A DNA stretch of 64,000 bases, taken from NCBI GenBank assembly GCA_905178155.1, contig CAJINV010000006.1:3346437-3410436 (forward strand). The letters run 5' to 3'. Of the stretch, positions 26,937 to 40,212 are shown piece by piece. The position numbers and the translations under genes were made by a program. Source of the DNA: Amoebophrya sp. A120 (Eukaryota > Protista > Dinoflagellata). The notes under the pieces were generated by a model, which made no database searches, was not told the DNA's origin, and saw only the letters and a program-made list of their open reading frames with translations. Position 1 is the stretch's first letter. Every line of letters begins with the position of its first letter.

Positions 26937-29900
26937 ATGCACGTCTCCCACGGCAGCAAGATGAAAAGGAAAACCGCTTGTAGTACACCTTTGGCCGACG
27001 TGGTCTCGCACTTCTTGCCGACAGCCTCCTGCTTGGTGTTTTCGTTTTCCTCCCTGGGACGATTGAGGTTCTTGTCGCTGCTCTCTACTACCGCAATTCT
27101 CCTCACCTGCTTCATGAGAACAACCGACGCGACCCGAGTCGACTTCCAGAAACTCAGTGGCGAAACGATTTTAAGTATCGACTCCACGAGCGCGGACTTT
27201 CCCTGGAACAAAGACTTGCAAACACTGGAAGACGTCGTGAAGCAAGCGAATCCATCACTATTCCACTCCGAGCACCAGAAACCAGAGTTTTTCTACAAGA
27301 ATCAGAAATTGAACAAGAGTCTCATCACGGTTGGTGAATTCGTTTCGTTTGTGGAGCAGGAAGAAGATGAAAACCGAGAGAAGAGGGACCACGACTACAC
27401 CGGGAAAGTAGACAAGCACCACAGAGACAGTACTATCACCGCCGTCATTGCCGTGTACAAGCAACTCCGCACTTTCGCCGACTTTCTCATGTTAGTGGAA
27501 CAGGACCCGGAAAAAGAGCTGTTCGCCAATGTCACGAGGGATCTGATGCGATTGCCGTTTGAGCAACTTGGCATGGAAAATGATGATGCAGATGATGATG
27601 AAGAAGTCTTCACTCTGACGCCAAGAAAAAACGCCCCCATGTTTCTCCAGCGGGTGTGGCAGTTGAGGAAGAATCACGCAGCGTTGATGTCCAGTGGCAG
27701 CGCGACGAGTAGCCCTAGTAGCACATCAGGCGGAATAAAACCCACGTCTCCATCCTCGCCAACAAAGTCGAAGAGGAAGAGGTCATTTTCTGTCGCACGG
27801 AAAAAATTTCAAAACGCGGAAGAATTCGCGGACCAGCTGGACCGGGATTTTCTCACCCCATCCCACCAGCAGAGACTCTACTCCTGCGCAAGTAGAGCTG
27901 TGGTCCCTTCTCTTGTTGACCATGCATGTGGTCCAGAAGTTCATCACCTTCCAGCGCCGCCGGTTATCCAGCGGTACTTTGCTGCCAAGGCGAAAGCTCT
28001 GGCGAAGGCAGGGAGCGGGCTGCTGCTGCCACATAATGTTCATCATGCTCCTGGGCCTGGGGATGATGCTGGAACGAGCGCAAGAAGCTGCAGCGGCGCA
28101 TCTTCGTCGTCCTCTCTTGCTCTTGGTTCGACCCCACTGGCTGCGGGTTTGTCCTCATCTAGTACGGGGGCCCTCCAGGTTAATAGTTCTGTTAGACCGT
28201 CCGTCGTCCCTATCCCTGCCCCAATGACGAAGTACTTCGCTGCCCGCCGTTCTGCCGAGGCGGCGCTAGTGCGGGCGGGAGGTAGTAGTACTAGCAGGAC
28301 GAGTTTTTCTATGAGGAGAACAAGTGCGACGTCGAGAAGTTGTACGAGGACGGGTACTAGTCATGATAGTACCTCCGCGAGGACACCAGCCAGGCGGTCT
28401 GCATCTTCCTCTTCCTCTTCTCTCACCGGGCTACGTGGAAGCCACCGTGCTGTTGCGGCGGCCACTACAGGAGGTAGAACATCAGGAGCAGCTGCTTCGA
28501 GCGGCCCTCTGCACGAGCCTCTCGCGGGTGGTGCTGGTCGTGTTGCACCGCCGTTCTCTTCACGGGTTCCTCGTCTTCCAGGCAGAAGTAGTACAGGAAC
28601 GCCGGGGGCAGGAGTTGATGTTCGTGGTCCTCTCGCAGGGTCAACATCTTCTTCCGCCTCACTTCGCCTGTCGAGCTGCAGAAGAAGCTCTACTACACCA
28701 GCCGCCGACCCAAGAACCTCCTCCTCCTCCTCCTCCCCGAAGAAGGTGGACATCAAGCGGATGGTCGGAATCTACGAAACGAAATACCAAAAGCCTTTCA
28801 CGTGGCTGGCAGAGTTTTTCCCGCGTTCCCGGGCAAACGTTGGGCTAAAGTTCAAATCTCTGAAAACCAGCTTGGAGGCGAGAAGCATAGGACGTCGTCG
28901 ACTCTCGTCGTGCAGCTCCGGCGCATCTTCAACCCATGCAGTTGCCGGCAAACCCAAACCTGGCTGTGCAGGCGCAACAACTTCGTCTTGTTCGAGTGGA
29001 AGTGGTAGCAGTTCTTGTCAGGACCCAGCACTGTCAGAAGCTACCATGAGCAGCTGCCCTACACCACGACCAACAGCAGTTCCAGGTCGTCGACGTGCTG
29101 AGTCGTTTCATCAACCACCCGGTGGTCAGGATGACCTCCAACCGACGGCGACCACGACGTCTGCACCACCGTCAAGCGTCGAATCTTCTGTGCCACATGA
29201 TGAAGCAGTGGACCAACTCGCCCAGCTCGCGGGGAAAGAAGACGTGAAGATCGGCAACCTGCCCGAACACATTCTGGACACGCTGGACAGTTACATTACT
29301 GGAAGAAACAGTATGGGCACGCGTGGTCCTGGTCTTGCTCGTCGACGTCCCTTATTGAACTTCGGCTGCGTCCGTTACGACCACAACCAGACCTACAAAA
29401 TCACCATAGTCTACTTCCTCTTTGCGGAAACCAAGCCCCTAGCGGAGCAAATTTGCTACGAAATTTCCAGTCCGGCTTCGTGGACCGATTCGGAGCGGCG
29501 GCTCGCGGACGGTATCAAATGTAAAAATGTCTGGGTCTGGAAGATTCTGAGACTTGTCGCGCACGGTTTGCATGAGCCATGATGTCTGTGATGCATGCCC
29601 TAGCATCAGAGGTTTTTTGAGGGATTTTTGATGCCTATTCTGCATGACAAATGCCCTTCCCGCGTAGCAAAAATCAGAATCCTTTTGCTGCTTATGCAAC
29701 ACAAATTCTTTAGACATCCAAATGCAGCATCACAAGTTGCATTCTTCCAGACCCAGACACTTTCGCACTTGATAGACGGACGGGTCCTACAAATCGCGTT
29801 TAACTTGGACCGGAACGGGGGGCTTCGTGCGCGGGCGAGGAACAAGCAGAGTTCTTCTGAGTTGTACGGGATCGAATTCGCAATGCGGATTCCGAGAGAA

Positions 29901-30335
29901 GAAGCAGCGGAGATGCGGTATGAAGGGGCTTCTTTTGACAGTGAAGATGAGCAACATGACAAACAAGTAGATGAGCAGGAGGCTGAAGGAGCTGCACAGG
30001 AGGTAGAAAAAACAGCCCGAGAAGCTGCTGCTCCTGCTCCTGCTGTCCTGGTGCAGCAGCAGCAGCAGCCCCCTGTTGCACCTGCTGCACCGCCAGCGCA
30101 GGCTGCTCTACTACCTCAAGCAGACGACACTTCTTCTACGGTAGCCGACAAGTTCGACCAGCTGCGTCGTCCCTTTGACATCGACGCCGTGATGAACGGC
30201 CAGGACCCGCCGGAGCCACGGTACGGCGTTGTGCGATTGAAGTTGCACAAGGATACCAGTGTGGGTACGACGAAAATGAGAGCAAGTGGGCTCACGCAGT
30301 TCCTCTCGCCGGAAGGAAACTATTTCGCGGTGTAG
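26937..30335 (+). CDS. Putative secreted or membrane-targeted protein, paralog 1 (Ser-rich middle, conserved C-terminal domain)
   Basis: A hydrophobic N-terminal segment precedes TRVDFQKLSGETILSIDS. Removing one introner (29513-29774, repeat GACGG/GACGG) joins RLADG-RVLQIAFNLD. Shares blocks with 33139-35538 (KEDVKIGNLPEHILD, LNFGC, VYFLF.ETK, FD.L.RPFD.DAV, PRYG.V). The start could be at 26961. Confidence 0.8.
29513..29774. mobile_element. Introner, family B, absent from the paralog
   Basis: TATCAAATGTAAAAATGTCTGGGTCTGGAAG...CTTCCAGACCCAGACACTTTCGCACTTGATA with repeat GACGG/GACGG. Confidence 0.92.
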
Positions 30336-32158
30336 GAGTAGAAAAATCCGTGGTATTAACCGAGTACAAAGATTCGACCCCTACAACTTGAAGCCGCTTG
30401 AAGAAGCTCGACTCGTCTTTTATTTACTTACCCGGATCGGCAGTCTTCGGCACGTGGGCACAACATCCACCCTGTCGGGGGATTATAATTTGCACTTTTA
30501 TTTAGTATCGGCAGCTGCAGCAACTTCCACTTCAGCATTGAAGCAGTACGCCGGTCGTGATGCAACCATAGAGATAAGTACAGTAGTGAACATAATATCC
30601 TGATGCATTTATTTTATATTTTGTGCCTGCTTGCAGCATTTCTCCTTCTTGCACGCAATTAAACACATTACCTGTGCATATTAGAATCCTGTGCCACTGT
30701 TGGCATCAGCGGCAGCACTGTTGCCTCTGACCACTAGTGCATCTGAATTAGAAGTATCTCCCACCATTGCAAAAGGTGTGCTGCAACCAAATTCATCAAA
30801 CGATAACGCATGATTTGCATCCTAGTTGCACATAGATTTTCAAGGTTTCCGCCTCTCTCTATCACATAAATGATCTTTTTACCACATAATACGCAGCGGC
30901 CTGCTAGCAGGTCGAGGCTGGCATGCGTGGCTTGTAACTCCAAGCTCGTCAGAAGGAACTACTCCAATAGAAACTTATTGAAGCTGCACTAGGAGCTTCA
31001 TTTTTCATCAACTCAAGCTGCACAGAAATTTGCTATACGCAAGAAAGTAGATGAGCCCTGAAGTAAGTAACATTTTTTTTCTAGCGCTGCGCGATTGTTT
31101 TTCGATTCGATTCTTGCTGAAGTGCTAGAAGCTGCTGAATTTTTGTAGCAACAGCGGAATCGTTTAAAGTCATGAGCTTCTTAAAAGTTGAAAAGTTTTT
31201 ACACATAAAAGTATGTTGCAGTAGTACTTCTAGTCTTGCACTATTCATTCGGAAAAGGTAAAGCTTCATCCCTGTAGGGGTGCATGTGCTCGTCGTGTTT
31301 CACGACCTCTTCCCCCTTTGCCGTTCTTCTCGTTTGAATGTGGGCCTCGGTACTAAGAAGTATCTTCTTCGCTCGTAGTGTAGGTTGCGACTGCGTCGAT
31401 CCACTTCCACCTCCACCAACGGGCTATTAAGAAGTTACAGCTTGTTCACTATGACAATGAGAATGGCCACATTTATTTCTCAGGAGACCAAGGAATAGAA
31501 AATTGCGATCCATCGCAAGAACGATGGACGAAGATGTAAGTTGAGAGTGAAAAATCTTGATCTTCGAGATGATCACGGCTTTAATGGATGCCACAAGCGA
31601 TCAGAAGTGAAAGGGAAAAGTAGGTCGAAAAAAAAAAGCGAGATCACTGATCACCCCGCACGAAAGAAGATTCCGATGCAGTTACAAATCAGATCCCAAT
31701 TTTTTTGCAGGAAGCAAGTATTCTTTCGAGGAGAATCGGTTTATTCTTTGCAGTTTTGGAACAATACGAAGAGAAACGTCGCTAATCACCTCTCAACATC
31801 AGGAGATTATGATTATCAATCTGTCACTGACTTCATATCGTATTTCTTGTGGCATCTTCTGCTAAAATTCAAACTTCTCTCTGGGACTTTACGAACAATC
31901 CATTGTAAGACTAAGACTGGAGATATCGACATCAGGGAAAGAAGAAAGAGAGATCAAGATGGACTTTTTTTAGGGCCTTGAACATTTGATGCCATGCCCA
32001 GGCACGACAAGAAAGAATAAAGAAAGACGAAGACTAACAAATTGAGATTGACCGCCACGACGTAATATAATATCTTCGAAGAACCATAATTTTTACCTCA
32101 AGAGCAGCATCTTCCTACGTCAATTTCGTCGTGTCCAGCTTCACAACAAAAAAGAAAA

Positions 32159-32290
32159 ATGTTGCTGTCTTCCCGCTTTTCCGTGAAGATCTTTTGTCTG
32201 CTATCCTGGGGCGCCAGTGAATTTACGGCTGCGACGGAGATCGCTTTCAAGCTATTGAGCGGGGACACCCTGCTAACCATTGACAGTGCT
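32159..32290 (+). pseudogene. Decayed 5' fragment of the same secreted family
   Basis: SRFSVKIFCLLSWGASEFTAATEIAFKLLSGDTLLTIDS matches the N-terminus of 33139. A weaker relic (KFKLLSGTLRTI) lies at ~31864, and upstream sequence is also repeated. Confidence 0.7.
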
Positions 32291-33138
32291 ATCGCGAGAA
32301 AAAAGTGTTACAGTAACACATTTGTTGGGGTTTCTGCATCACAAATTTTCTCTGTGTATGTGCTCGTCGTGTTCCACGACCTCTTCCCCGTGGGCCTGAG
32401 GTGCACTAGGAAACTGCGAGGACTCGCAAGACCGAAAAATTTGATCTCGAGATGTATGTTGAACAAAGTGGCTTTAGATTTTCCACGACGAGATCACGCT
32501 TTTATTGTCAAAAGCGATCAGAAAAAAGAGAAAACCACAAGCGAGCGTCAGAAACAAATGACAAGAAGGTCCGAAAATCAAAAATGAGCAAGATCTTCAC
32601 TCGCCGCACGAATTGATGTTCCGACGCAGTTACAAATCAGATCCCAAATCATGCAAATTTTCTGCAGGACGCTTGGGAAACAGCTTCTCGCTCTCGGTGC
32701 AGCAATCTTTATTTGTGCGGATGCGGTTTTTGAACAATACAAAAAAAACAAAGCTCTTGCTATTGAGCCATGCCCAGCATCGGACCCTTGACAAATGCTC
32801 GTTGTCGTTGTCCTCAAAAAATGTTTCGTCCCCCTCGCCGAAACAGTATCTACTTCTCATGGAGCTTCTAGTTGTGTTGCAACGGTACTATTACGAGGTC
32901 GTGGCCTCTTCATTCGTCGTACTTCCTACAACCTCTCAACAGGAAATTACCAAGGAGCTGTCAGTGCATTATTTTCGTACTTGTCGATATATGGAGTCCG
33001 AGTCCATTTGTCTAAAAGTACCAAAACCAAATTGACCACCACGACGTAAAATCATATACTGAAGAACCACGACTACCCACAGCAGCTTCCTACCGCTACC
33101 CTATTTCCATTGCATACAGCTTCATCAAAAAAAAAACA

Positions 33139-35538
33139 ATGTTTCCCTCGTTCCGCTGCTCAGTAGGTTTTTTCCTGCTATCCCTGGTGGTCGCCTGCGA
33201 GTTCATTATTGCGACGAAAATCGATTTCAAACTATTGACCGGGCGCACCGTGCTGACGATTGATACGAAAGAGGAATTCGAAGATCCACACGTCGCAGCT
33301 GTGGCCACCCATGATTACCGTCCCCTGTCCTCATACCTGCGTGAAAAGCTCCCAGGGGAGTTTTTTGACAACGTAAACAGCAACAGAAAGCCGGAAGTTT
33401 TCTACAAGCTCCAGAAGTTAGATCTGGAAACGACCACAGTGTCCGACCTGGTCAAAGCCGTGGAGTGCGACAAGCTTGCTTGTTTCACCCATCGCGCTAG
33501 TCGTGGTGGTCGTGCAGGAGATCATCATGATGCCCACGACGGCTCGAGGAAAGCCGTCGTTGAGGAACAAAAGCAAGAAGATTTTCACGAGGATCTTTGC
33601 AGCGCCACCGTGAACATCACCTTTGTGGAAAAATCCATCGCGGATTTTCTTTTCGCAGTTGCGAAAAACCCGGTGAAGGAATTGTTCGCTGGTGGAAAGG
33701 TGAATTTTTCGCAACCGAGTATCAGATTTGACCTCCGAAAACTGCTGGTCGACGTACTTCCGGTTGTGGATAAAGTTAAAGTGCCGGCAGATGCTGAGCA
33801 GGAAGGCGAAGGTCGTCGTGGGCTGCAACAGAAGCAAGAACGGCCCCAAGAGCTGCAGCTGCCGTTGTTTTTGCAGAACTTGGTAACTTACCGGAGAAGC
33901 GGGCTGGAGAAAGAGGAATCGGAAAGAATTAGAGCAGCTTCACTACAGGGAGACGACCACGAAGAAAACGCTGAGGAACTACGGAGGAATGACAACGCAC
34001 AGAAGCTCGCCGAACAATTCGACAAAGACTTCTTGCTGCCGTTGCAGGAAAGCGCTTTTGGTACAACTCCGGCCGCGCCGCTTCTGAGACAGGAGCCGGC
34101 GAAGTCTTCATTTCCGTCCACACAAGCAAATGGCAGTGCAGGTCAACATCGTGCTATCGCGGTACTAGGGGAACAGCAAGAGAAAAAAGAAACAACTGTC
34201 CGGCCGCATTACTTCCTTGGCGAGTTTTACCCACGCCGCCGGGAGGATGTCGGGCTTAAGTTTAAGCAGATCTTGAGCAGCTTGATGCAGAACCACAACT
34301 CGTCGGGGAGGAAAGGAAGCAGGAAAACAAGCAGAAAGAACCCAAGCCCCGCGACAACTAGAACGTCGGCCTTGGTGCCAGGAGATCCTGCGAGTTCTTC
34401 TTTGCTCTCAAGTTCTACTTCTATCGCCGCAGGAATAAATGTGCAGCCACAACGAAGGAGGAGGAGCACCCCATCCAAGCAGCACAGCCACAGTGATCAT
34501 GAGTCCTCTGAAGCCGATAGTACTGACAGCACGGTAGGCGACTCTTCTCTGCCGAGCTCTCCTGCCAGCACCGCAAGCAGAAATAAGGGCAGGAGGAGCA
34601 AGAGTCAGGCGGCTTCGAGAAATGGACTACTACACGGCGCCCGCCCACCAGCTACTGTCACAGCAAGAAAGATGTTGAAAACCCTCGCCGAAAAGGAAGA
34701 CGCGCACATCGGGAACTTGCCACTACACATTCTCGATCTTCTGGAATCTGCTCTCTCCGGCGGGAGTAGCAGCACAAGTACAACTACATCGCATGCTGGG
34801 CGTCCACCTCGCCGTGAAGAAACTTCTAAACCCTTAAACTTCGGCTGTATCCTGTACGATTCCTACCCCGGCGGCCCTCTGAGCTTCGTCTATTTCCTTT
34901 TTACCGAAACAAAGGAGCTGCAGCAGCAAATTTGCTTCGAACTTGGCGCGGATGCGTGGAAAGATCCCGAGTTTGCACGGCTCGACGACGGGAGAATCCT
35001 CCAAATCCGGTTTGATCTAGACAAAGTCGACACGATTTACGGTCGTGTAGCGCAGCAAGTGCCGCACAGGGCCATCAGCCGTGTGGGCGGCAATCACACG
35101 CCCTACGATTTGTATGGCGTGAGCTTTACCATGCGGGTTCCGAGAGTTGAGGCGGAGGGTATGGAGTATTTTCCACCGCCGAAATTGCCGAAGACGGTGT
35201 TAACAACAGCTGCGGCGGATGGTGATGGAATTGCAAACCACGATGGTCCTCGTGGAGAAGAAGTGGAACAGGCTGGTGCAGCGCCAGCACCACAACCTCC
35301 TGCCGCTCAACAGGAGCATCATCAGAGGACCAAAACTATGAGAACTGTACTGGAAAAATTCGACGCGCTACCAAGGCCCTTTGACCTGGACGCAGTGCTC
35401 GCCGGACAGCTGCCGGAGCCGCCACGGTACGGGATCGTGGAATTCAAAATGCAGAAAAACAACACTTTGATGAAAGTTGAAACCGCACATGGGAATACTT
35501 TGCATACTGCCCCGGAGGGCGGATTTTTCGTGGTGTGA
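33139..35538 (+). CDS. Putative secreted protein, paralog 2 (799 aa, intronless)
   Basis: Uninterrupted ORF with a signal-peptide-like start (MFPSFRCSVGFFLLSLVVACEFIIA) and clear homology to 26937-30335. Confidence 0.85.
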   Translation: MFPSFRCSVGFFLLSLVVACEFIIATKIDFKLLTGRTVLTIDTKEEFEDPHVAAVATHDYRPLSSYLREKLPGEFFDNVNSNRKPEVFYKLQKLDLETTTVSDLVKAVECDKLACFTHRASRGGRAGDHHDAHDGSRKAVVEEQKQEDFHEDLCSATVNITFVEKSIADFLFAVAKNPVKELFAGGKVNFSQPSIRFDLRKLLVDVLPVVDKVKVPADAEQEGEGRRGLQQKQERPQELQLPLFLQNLVTYRRSGLEKEESERIRAASLQGDDHEENAEELRRNDNAQKLAEQFDKDFLLPLQESAFGTTPAAPLLRQEPAKSSFPSTQANGSAGQHRAIAVLGEQQEKKETTVRPHYFLGEFYPRRREDVGLKFKQILSSLMQNHNSSGRKGSRKTSRKNPSPATTRTSALVPGDPASSSLLSSSTSIAAGINVQPQRRRRSTPSKQHSHSDHESSEADSTDSTVGDSSLPSSPASTASRNKGRRSKSQAASRNGLLHGARPPATVTARKMLKTLAEKEDAHIGNLPLHILDLLESALSGGSSSTSTTTSHAGRPPRREETSKPLNFGCILYDSYPGGPLSFVYFLFTETKELQQQICFELGADAWKDPEFARLDDGRILQIRFDLDKVDTIYGRVAQQVPHRAISRVGGNHTPYDLYGVSFTMRVPRVEAEGMEYFPPPKLPKTVLTTAAADGDGIANHDGPRGEEVEQAGAAPAPQPPAAQQEHHQRTKTMRTVLEKFDALPRPFDLDAVLAGQLPEPPRYGIVEFKMQKNNTLMKVETAHGNTLHTAPEGGFFVV

Positions 35539-37013
35539 TAGAAAAGCGATAGGTAGAAAAGTCCCAGTACGAAGCGAATAGAAGTATGAATATACCTCTA
35601 CTTTGTGGTGACCAAAGACAAGAGATCGGCTCGTAATATGTCCTCCTCGTTACTAGAAGTACTACAAACTGGAACGACCCGAATTATACCGCAGCTGCTT
35701 CTCGATGAAGAATTCTGCATCTTCTGCTTCCATGCATGAATTAAGTGTGGCCCACTACAGAGCCTTTATTTACGCGCGTGCAGCTAAGTAGTATTGCACT
35801 CAATTAAAAATGAAGAACAGAAAGACCGCAAGAACGAAAAAACTCTCAAAATAGACACGTCTCGCTGACCAGTTTAGTTTGCTGCAAGACAAGCCATCAG
35901 AGCTGGGGCATCATGCACCACTGCAAGGACTGCACGAAATTCAAACATAAATTCGAGAATGGAATTGGTTTCGATAGTAAGTTAAGTTAAGTATTTTTGC
36001 TCGTCGAAAGTCGTTTCTCCGATTTTTGGTTAGGCCAGCTGCTCGTGCTGCATATTGCATATTATCGCATCTAGTAGTTTTTTAGTCAGGCTTAGGTGAG
36101 GTCGCACTCCCATTTTCCACATCATCTAGATTTGTTGTCGACGCAAGATGTACATGAACAGCATTGAATGTTGAATGATTTTTCCATCCAGTGATGACGG
36201 TCGAGCCTCACTCGCCGCTCCTTAATTTTACCTGTAAAAATGCATCGAAGACTGACAATGACAAATAAATGATATTGATCATAATCGTCCTGCAAGTACC
36301 CGCTTTGTTGACGATGCGAAACCGTCTTCGCAGCTTCATCCGCGGATTCTGAGTCCCCATCTGCATTGGCTTCTTGCCAGGAAAAGAATGATACGCGATT
36401 TTGCTCTTCTTCTACTAGGCAAATCGCCACCTCAAAACAAGTCGAATAATTTGACGAGAATGTAATTTCAATTTGATCAGTGGTCGTCTCTCGACGTCGT
36501 CGTCGAACCTGTGTCTTCATGAAGAGACGGGAAGATCTTCCATGTTGAAGCCTTTTTTTGCGCGGAAAATTTCCACATGTGGCCGCACTCGGATCGAGTC
36601 ACGAGATCATGACCTTGATCTACATTTTCATGCAAATGAACTTCTCACCTCACAAGAAACTCAGAATGTCGACGCGTTCAAAATTTTGTTCTTCACTAGC
36701 AAGATCTGGATCCAGATAGAAGATGTCAGGTGGAACAAGCGATCTTAGTAGAACCAACGCGCAATTGGTATTGTATGTCGATGGACAGCAAGGGCAGCCT
36801 CGACTCACCGCGAGTGCTGTGTCACCGTAACGATTTCTAGTCGCGTTGCATTTTTTGGAAACATCGGAACAGGTGAAACAGAAACTCAAGGTAACGGCTA
36901 CTTTATGAAACGTAGTTTGTAGTTGTTCCCCTATCTATGCAGCATAAGTGTACTTTTGATCATCTGATGATTCCCCTATAATCAGCATAAACGACCACAT
37001 CAAAAATAGTACC

Positions 37014-37661
37014 ATGGTGAAGTTCCTGCGACACCAAGACCCCAGTCAGCGGAAGTACAAGACGGTGCTCCGGGCTGCAGGAGGAACTACTAGTACGTCA
37101 GGGAGTACCGAAAATAACGGAAAAAAAAGCAGGACGACAGCGACACAGCAGCTCCAGGGCGGTGGAAAAAGCGGCAAAGTACCAGCCAGCGCGGGCACCA
37201 AAAAAGCTTCGGTAATACAAGCAGAAAACCGTGGAAACAAGAAGATGAAGAGCAGAAAGAACTCCGCGGGCACTGAGACTGACAGTGACGCAGAAGATTC
37301 CGATGTAGAAGAGCAGCGCAAAGCGGACCAGGCGGAAAAAGTCCGGCAACAAAACCGCAAGACCAACAAGGAAATCGAGAAGCAAATCCGCGAAGAGGAG
37401 CACAGAAAACAGTTTGCGCGGAAAAAACAGTTCTCACGCCAACAAGAATTGCAGTTCCAGCAAGATGCGGCTGATAAAACGATCGAGTTGGCGAAGAAAA
37501 CGCACAAAAATCCTTTGAACGACGGCATTGACGAAAGCTTACTTCCGAAGCACATCCGAGACAAGCGGCAGCAGAAGGCGAAATGGCGACCGGAGGAGGA
37601 GAGAAGGAGTGAAAAGGGATTGGCCTTGATGGCCAAGTGCCTGAAGATGGCTTACAAGTAG
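37014..37661 (+). CDS. Hypothetical basic, coiled-coil-like protein (215 aa)
   Basis: ATG-initiated, Lys/Gln/Glu-rich ORF with composition like the neighbouring genes; no family recognised. Confidence 0.65.
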   Translation: MVKFLRHQDPSQRKYKTVLRAAGGTTSTSGSTENNGKKSRTTATQQLQGGGKSGKVPASAGTKKASVIQAENRGNKKMKSRKNSAGTETDSDAEDSDVEEQRKADQAEKVRQQNRKTNKEIEKQIREEEHRKQFARKKQFSRQQELQFQQDAADKTIELAKKTHKNPLNDGIDESLLPKHIRDKRQQKAKWRPEEERRSEKGLALMAKCLKMAYK

Positions 37662-40212
37662 TAGGAGCTGTGCACCTGTGGATAAATTCTGTTTCTGATG
37701 CTACTCAAACTCATATTTATTGGTGTCTTTGTCTACGAAAAAATCTTCAAGGAATTCCAATTGGTGAAGTTCTGCGACGACACATGATCTGTGGATGATG
37801 CAATAAACATCTTTAATACGAGCAAGCAGCTTTGGCTTGTTTTGAGTTTGACCCTGCGCTCACTCTGGCAGCAGAGGAATCAATAACTGGTGTGTTCGTC
37901 GCCTTCCTCCTCGTTCTCTGTGCTTAGGATTTATCAAAATCCGGCCACAAAAACAAAATCACAAGTTGTGTCGTATTGCTCAAACCGCCTTTGCCTCGGC
38001 CGTGTTAAGTGTTTCACTTGCCTCCACCTTTAAGAGAGAATGAAAATTGAAAAGGGCAATAAAGGATTGTCCGTGAATGAGAGAAAAGAAAACTTCTACA
38101 AAAAAGCTCGCCTACTAGTAGATTATAGTTTTTCTTGTCACTATCGCAGTCTTTGTCTTTTTGAGCGACCATGTGGCCCTGGCAGCTTCGCAAACCGGCA
38201 AAAACCTATTAATTTGCTCTTGTCGCGACGTAGTTGAAAATTTCGATCGAGGAGCGATTGGCTTGTTTCGACGTTTAGATTACTACCACGATCGTAGGCA
38301 TCGCTCTCGCCCCCGTCTCGCTCGGTCTTGCTATTGTGCAGACAATCGATGATCCGCTAGGCCACGATCCGCTTGTATAAAATATTTTTTATACGTGATC
38401 ACGTTCTACGGTGGTCCTTCTGTCGTGTTTGTTTATGTGCTTCTGCTTTTTTTTCAGACCTAACGTTGGCGAGTGACGATTTTGATTCTGTGTCTATTTT
38501 CGATGTTTATTTATGCAGCTCGCAATCGCAGTACAGATCGATCGAATTCGTGTTTCCTTCTCGCCTTCTACGCATGATCTATTGCACATCGTTCGTACAA
38601 CCACCCCGTTTGAATCGTTGACTTTAGGAAATGTTTTTTTCTTGAGTTGCAACACGCAATGGCTACAACTAGAAGTACAAAATAAAAAACGAATTGAAGC
38701 TCTACCCTTTACGACGATTTTTCGTTGTTGGTTTTTTTTTTGGTTGAAGATCTGACAAAGTAATAAGCTTAAGCTTTCATAAGCAAGCTTGTCGCAATCA
38801 TCTACAAAATCGCATGCCTACTTCATAGAGCGCCGATTTTTTCGAACCTGTTTTTCGTTTCCGACATAATTGTAGTGGAGAAGGAAGAGTGGGAAGTAGT
38901 TTGAGGAAGCGGAAAACAACACTCACTGGCGGAGAACGACAACGGAAGACTTCACACCCGCCGATCTGAACGAGCAGCGACTGCACTACAGGAGGAGATT
39001 TATTTTTACAGAGCCGGCGACAGCAGGAGATTTTTACAGAATCTCAGCTTCCTGGAGGACCACAGCTCGCTTCGGTTTCCAACCAGTACCTACAGGAACT
39101 CTAATATCCAGTTGTCTTCCGAGGACTCTGTGCACAGCGCATTTCTGGAGGAGCAAACGAAACACAGGAGAACGAGGTGGATCATCAAACAATAGCTGGG
39201 GGATAGTAAGTACGACAAGACCGCTTGTTTTCTTGTGCTTACTCCTTACAAGAACTACTCACTCCGAGGACCACTCCTCGCATTGACGCAGCTTCGTCCT
39301 GTGCGGTAAGTACGACAGACCGGCGGTCACGGTTGGTCGTTCTTGAAGAGAAAATTCACATAAACTTCTTCTCCCACGTAGAGGACCAAAGCCAAAGTGC
39401 AACAGCTGTCCAGACCGCTTTCTTTTCCACAGTGGCACCAGCGGGAAAAGCAGGAGAACTACATCTTCACAGCACTGAAATATTAAGCCGACTACACGAC
39501 TACAACTAGCTTGTTATAGCGGTCCACCTGTAGCAAGATTCTTTTACGACCAGCAATTTTGGTCGTTTTTACTGAAACCCCAAGAACCATCAACCGGCAA
39601 CAAAACTGTCCTCGCAAGATGAACGCGGCAGTAAGAGCGGATCATATTTGAAGAAGACCTATTTTCAACGGTGACGAGAAGGAACTACGTACAACTAACC
39701 GCAGTTGTGAGTATCTTCTTCTACAACAAGAACCTCAACCACAGCACCCCGCCCACGCCCTGCCAGAACGCGAACTCATCCTCAATTTTCGAAGTGCCGC
39801 GCGCTTGTGGACAACTTGCTGCTTTCTGATTTCCTGAAAGACGACATTGTTGGTGAAGAACCACGTGTGGGTGTAGTGCCGCTGGCGCTTAATTGCTTTT
39901 CAACATCGTGGTGCTGTTGGAAACTACACAACTTCAGAAAGAACGAGCAGCGCAACTCGAATAAATCTTTGCTTCGCTGTCAATTTGAGCCGGACAGGAG
40001 GGTCAGGAAGGCGAGATCTACAGGCTACAGCAGGATTAAAACTTGCTCCCTGAACAACTACGACGTCGTGCTGCATCGCGTCGTCCACAACTTTCGACGA
40101 AAAACTACAGAAGCTCCGTTTACAACGCCAACACACGCAGTCCGCTGTTGGTGAGAACGTTGGTTGTAGCGACTTCCAATACAACCACGCACTCCAGCTA
40201 CTACTTCCAAAA

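Noticed and set aside
37700-40200. Short ORFs in the long region upstream of the kinase
   Set aside because: No motifs, no consistent frame and no intron signatures; treated as intergenic or UTR.
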